IMG/VR virus record: IMGVR_UViG_3300033148_007030 | Span: 34,003 to 98,002 of that record | DNA: 64,000 bases | Strand: one strand, 5' to 3' | Origin: a virus | Shown: piece by piece, positions 60,662 through 64,000 of the stretch | Position numbering within the stretch: the first letter of the stretch is position 1 | How the letters are laid out: each line of letters begins with the position of its first letter | Notes under the pieces: model-generated | Databases searched by the model: none | Told to the model about the DNA's origin: nothing | Seen by the model: the letters and a program-made list of their open reading frames with translations, nothing else | Made by a program: the position numbers and the translations under genes

Positions 60662-61412
60662 AAAGTTTTACCGCAGGTCTTACATCCTCTATACCAAATC
60701 CAGAACCTTCGACTATGTTCTGGTAGCTATTAGTATGTAATTCAGTGAAGTTTACAGAGAAATCATAATTCTTATCATTCACTACAAATACTTTGCTAGG
60801 TTCTCCAACTGTAGACAAATGGAACTTCACAGAAGCTTTGGCGAAATCAAATAAATGAATACCGATGTTAGTGGCAAGGCCTCCTGATTTCTCCACACTG
60901 CCTTTCCAACTATAATTATACCATAGTCCTCTTGGAGCAACATACTCAACTACTACAGAGAAATTACCTTTAGTTTTGCTAATTAGCTTTTTCAGTTTGA
61001 TAGCGTTATGGTGCAACCTCAGTTGTAATATAGTATATATTCTTTTTCCTCTTTCGCTCTCAATATCCTCCAGGGCATCAAGATTCTTATTCTTTAGCAC
61101 AAGAGGCTTTTCACATACAGCATTAGCATTTATTCTCAATGCAAATCTACAATGGGCATCATGAAGATAGTTAGGGCTGCATATTGACACGTAATCTATA
61201 TTCTCTCTATTTCTTCTGAGCTTCTCACAAAACCTATCAAATCGTTCGAACTCAGTAAAGAAGCTGCAATTAGGAAAGTAAGAATCCAATATGCCTACAC
61301 TGTCTTGAGGATCAATAGCAGCTATTAGATTCCCTCCAATGTTCTTAATTGCTTCCATATGCTTAGGTGCTACATAGCCAGCTGCACCTATTAGGGCAAA
61401 GTTCATGCTCAT
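60639..61412 (-). CDS. Gfo/Idh/MocA oxidoreductase, WbpB/WlbA-like UDP-GlcNAcA 3-dehydrogenase (appears internally shortened)
   Basis: [41 protein letters not shown]...KSGG.ATNIGIH.FD. Confidence 0.88.
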   Translation of the reverse strand: MSMNFALIGAAGYVAPKHMEAIKNIGGNLIAAIDPQDSVGILDSYFPNCSFFTEFERFDRFCEKLRRNRENIDYVSICSPNYLHDAHCRFALRINANAVCEKPLVLKNKNLDALEDIESERGKRIYTILQLRLHHNAIKLKKLISKTKGNFSVVVEYVAPRGLWYNYSWKGSVEKSGGLATNIGIHLFDFAKASVKFHLSTVGEPSKVFVVNDKNYDFSVNFTELHTNSYQNIVEGSGFGIEDVRPAVKLCEEIRNG

Positions 61413-62722
61413 TTCTTACCTGTCTTACGAACAGAATATCCCGCAACTTTACTTAAAGCAGTTGCTTGTTCTTTTTGATCCTTAGCCATTACCTTTGCCT
61501 CTTTAACCGCCGCAGTCAATCTAACCTTATCTACTTTTATAACTGCTGCCTCTGCTAAAGTACGAGCATCATCTTGTGCCCGCCATTTCCTTTGTTCTGT
61601 TGATATTGTTGGTTGTCTTGCCATAATAAAACCTCCTTTTATTGTTGCTTGTTTTGGTCTTACTCATTAAAAAGATTACCTTTCGTTAATTCTAATGCCT
61701 GGTACTCAGTAAATCCTTCCTTCAATAAAGCTTGGTATTTTCTCCATCTTATACGAGCATCAATAAGTTGGTATTCTATTAAGAACTCTACGTCCTCCTT
61801 TATCTCTTTCAATGCTGCTATTTTATCTTTATTCCTTCTATTTTTTATATCTTCAACTTTTTCCATCGATCATTCCTCCACACTTTGTTAAACTTCTCAT
61901 GCATGACAAATGCAAGCCAGAGTTGTTCACGCGAATTAAACGTCTCAGCACAATAAGGTCCATACTCGAGAAATACAAACTGATGGAATTCCTCTAAAAC
62001 AAAAAATAATACTCCATCATCAACCATCTCCTGCGACTGGTCTTGACGAAGAAGCCAAACACATTCATCTTTTAAGCTATTAACTTCATAATGACAACCC
62101 TCACATTTTTCCCAGTGGCAACCGAGTATACAAATGGCAGGTGTTTTATCTCTTTTACAGCCTAGTTGATAAAAATCCCCTTGGGTTGGTTTCCATCCTT
62201 CTTGTATCTCCTCAGCCATCTCACACATCTTTATATATTTAGGTGTTGTGTCCATCATACGTTCATCTCCTTTATAATGATTCTCTATGACGATAAAAGA
62301 CCCCTTCTCCTAAATAGATTGCATCACCATACTCACATCTGGTTCCAGGTTCTTCTGTCAAAGTAGTAAATTCAACCATCTCAGTATACTCAACAATTCT
62401 CCCATCCAACAGTTTAGCATAAGTTCTAAATCGTTTCTTATCTCGTAACTCTTCCCACATCTTCTTTGAATACCAAAACCTTCCGCCAGTTTTAAATAAT
62501 CCTATATCAAATACTTTGTTGTCCATTGTTTTACTCCTCATCTAAATAATGACTTTCTGGATACCCTTCCTTTTTAAGAAATAGTCCCCCTGGTAAAACA
62601 ATCATACCATCAAAATGATATATGGGTTCATCCGTTTCATACCAACGTAATATCTCATGTCGAATATCATCTAACTGAGTTTTAATTAGCTTTATCATGG
62701 TTTCTCCTCTATCAATACCCAT
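61409..62722 (-). CDS. five small hypothetical phage proteins
   Basis: ORF track; 61409-61624 has the common phage motif W.A.DDARTL. Confidence 0.5.
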
Positions 62723-63054
62723 TTACCATTCGTATCTTTGGTTTCAATTTTAAGGTTCTTAGGTTTCATTGCTTCTTCAACTCTTTGCTCTATGGTTTTT
62801 CCAGTCTCGATGTCATATGCAATCCGATTCAACCAAACTTTAAATTTAACTGAAGCAGCAAGATGTCGCAAAGCGAGACCTTTATTCCGATGTTGACTTT
62901 TATCTGACCTACTTTCACCAATAGCACCAGAAGCCCTATGAATTATACGAACGCCAGATGAAACTTTATTCTGATGCTGTCCCCCTGGGCCACCAGACCT
63001 GAAAGTTTGGATTTCAAGATCTTTTTTTGTTATTGTAAGTAGATGTTCTCTCAT
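62695..63054 (-). CDS. stand-alone class I release-factor catalytic (GGQ) domain protein; peptidyl-tRNA hydrolase/ArfB-like
   Basis: FRSGGPGGQHQNKVSSGVRIIH..SG......KSQHRNK..A. Confidence 0.9.
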   Translation of the reverse strand: MREHLLTITKKDLEIQTFRSGGPGGQHQNKVSSGVRIIHRASGAIGESRSDKSQHRNKGLALRHLAASVKFKVWLNRIAYDIETGKTIEQRVEEAMKPKNLKIETKDTNGKWVLIEEKP

Positions 63055-63081
63055 TGTTTTTACTCCTGTTCTATACGATGA

Positions 63082-63995
63082 CTATCTACCTATAGCATCC
63101 CTCAATACTTTAGATGCACCCTCATCATGAATAAACCCACAGAAGATCTCTTTCCCATCCAAACAAATATAAATACCATCATCATCGTGTGAATAGGAAA
63201 ATGTGGCTTTATAATCATCACAAAGTTGCGCTAGTTTTTCCAAAAACTCGCTTCTCACAATTTTATCTATGTCGTTCATTTCCCCTCTCCTTTTGGAGTG
63301 TTAGCCATGTAGCGTTGATTGCTCATATTCATGATCAAGCGCCTCTTGTACGCCTTCACATACTTCTTCAAAGGTTCTAGTTGCTTTTTTATGGTCTACA
63401 TAAACAATCATTTTTCTATTCCGGTAATATTCTTCCACTAATATATTTCCTATCCATTTTTTACGTTCTGCTCTCATGTCTCCTCCTTTCTATCTATAAC
63501 GTTTGCTATCGCTCTCAGCCAACCTGAAAGCGTTCTTACTTCCTCAACTTCCTCTATGATCTCTTTTCTACAATCATGACATATATAAAAACCTGTTAAT
63601 AAATCTCTAACTACATCCAACATTGGTTTATCTTTACGGCAAACTATACATCTTGTTGTGTTCATTTTCTCTCTTAATTTTACCTAATGATGTCCTTGTT
63701 TTCTATAACCTGCTGTAATGATTAATGTTTGTTGGTTATTTATAATCATTTACAGGAGTGAAAAAGGACTTACATTATTCCTATGGGCTTCATTAAGAAT
63801 TATTATTGTTTCGTCAAAGGAATTTGTTTTATCAAATACCTTTTCAATAGTACTCAACGCCCAAATTGTATTTTGTTCTAAGGCTTCTAATACTCCTCTT
63901 TTATAAAACCTGAAAATGTTTTTATTATATTTTTCTTTGTTTTCTTTTCTTACACCTGTTAATCCTAAATCAACAACATCATGAATATGTGGCAT
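63082..63995 (-). CDS. small hypothetical proteins
   Basis: ORF track. Confidence 0.45.
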
Positions 63996-64000
63996 AACAC

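Noticed and set aside
27690-63054. Stop-codon recoding suggested by the release-factor-like gene and the TAG in the tape measure
   Set aside because: The TMP halves are in different frames, other long genes are intact in the standard code, and the RF-like protein lacks codon-recognition domains
1-64000. Prophage boundaries or host chromosome
   Set aside because: No integrase, att site or contiguous host operon; the host-like genes (def, rtcB, dnaJ-like, wbp-like) are embedded among phage ORFs

Overview
The window is a 64-kb piece of an AT-rich, long-tailed (siphovirus-like) dsDNA bacteriophage genome. Essentially all real genes are on the minus strand; the + strand ORFs are antisense shadows. 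In transcription order (64000 to 1) it contains: (i) small accessory ORFs including a GGQ release-factor-like hydrolase and WbpB/WbpD/WbpI-like nucleotide-sugar enzymes; (ii) portal, an intein-containing MuF protein with a C-terminal zincin domain, scaffold, major capsid and two paralogous decoration proteins; (iii) a ~12-kb insert with a 1293-aa protein carrying a 746-aa Ser/Glu tract, surrounded by four glycosyltransferases and two methyltransferases; (iv) neck, tail tube, frameshifting chaperone, a split tape measure, tail tip and lysis genes; (v) a late/early intergenic junction; (vi) an early region with repeated hairpin+RBS leaders and a ~294-nt candidate ncRNA; (vii) a replication region (SF2 helicase, primase, initiator, DnaB-like helicase) with peptide deformylase, a DnaJ-like protein, RtcB and the 5' half of a tRNA-like gene. 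The strongest candidate for an undescribed system is a phage-encoded, SRRP/mucin-like glycoprotein fibre with its own glycosylation and sugar-modification enzymes. No terminase, integrase or DNA polymerase is visible in the window. All assignments come from motif recognition by eye; no database searches were run.
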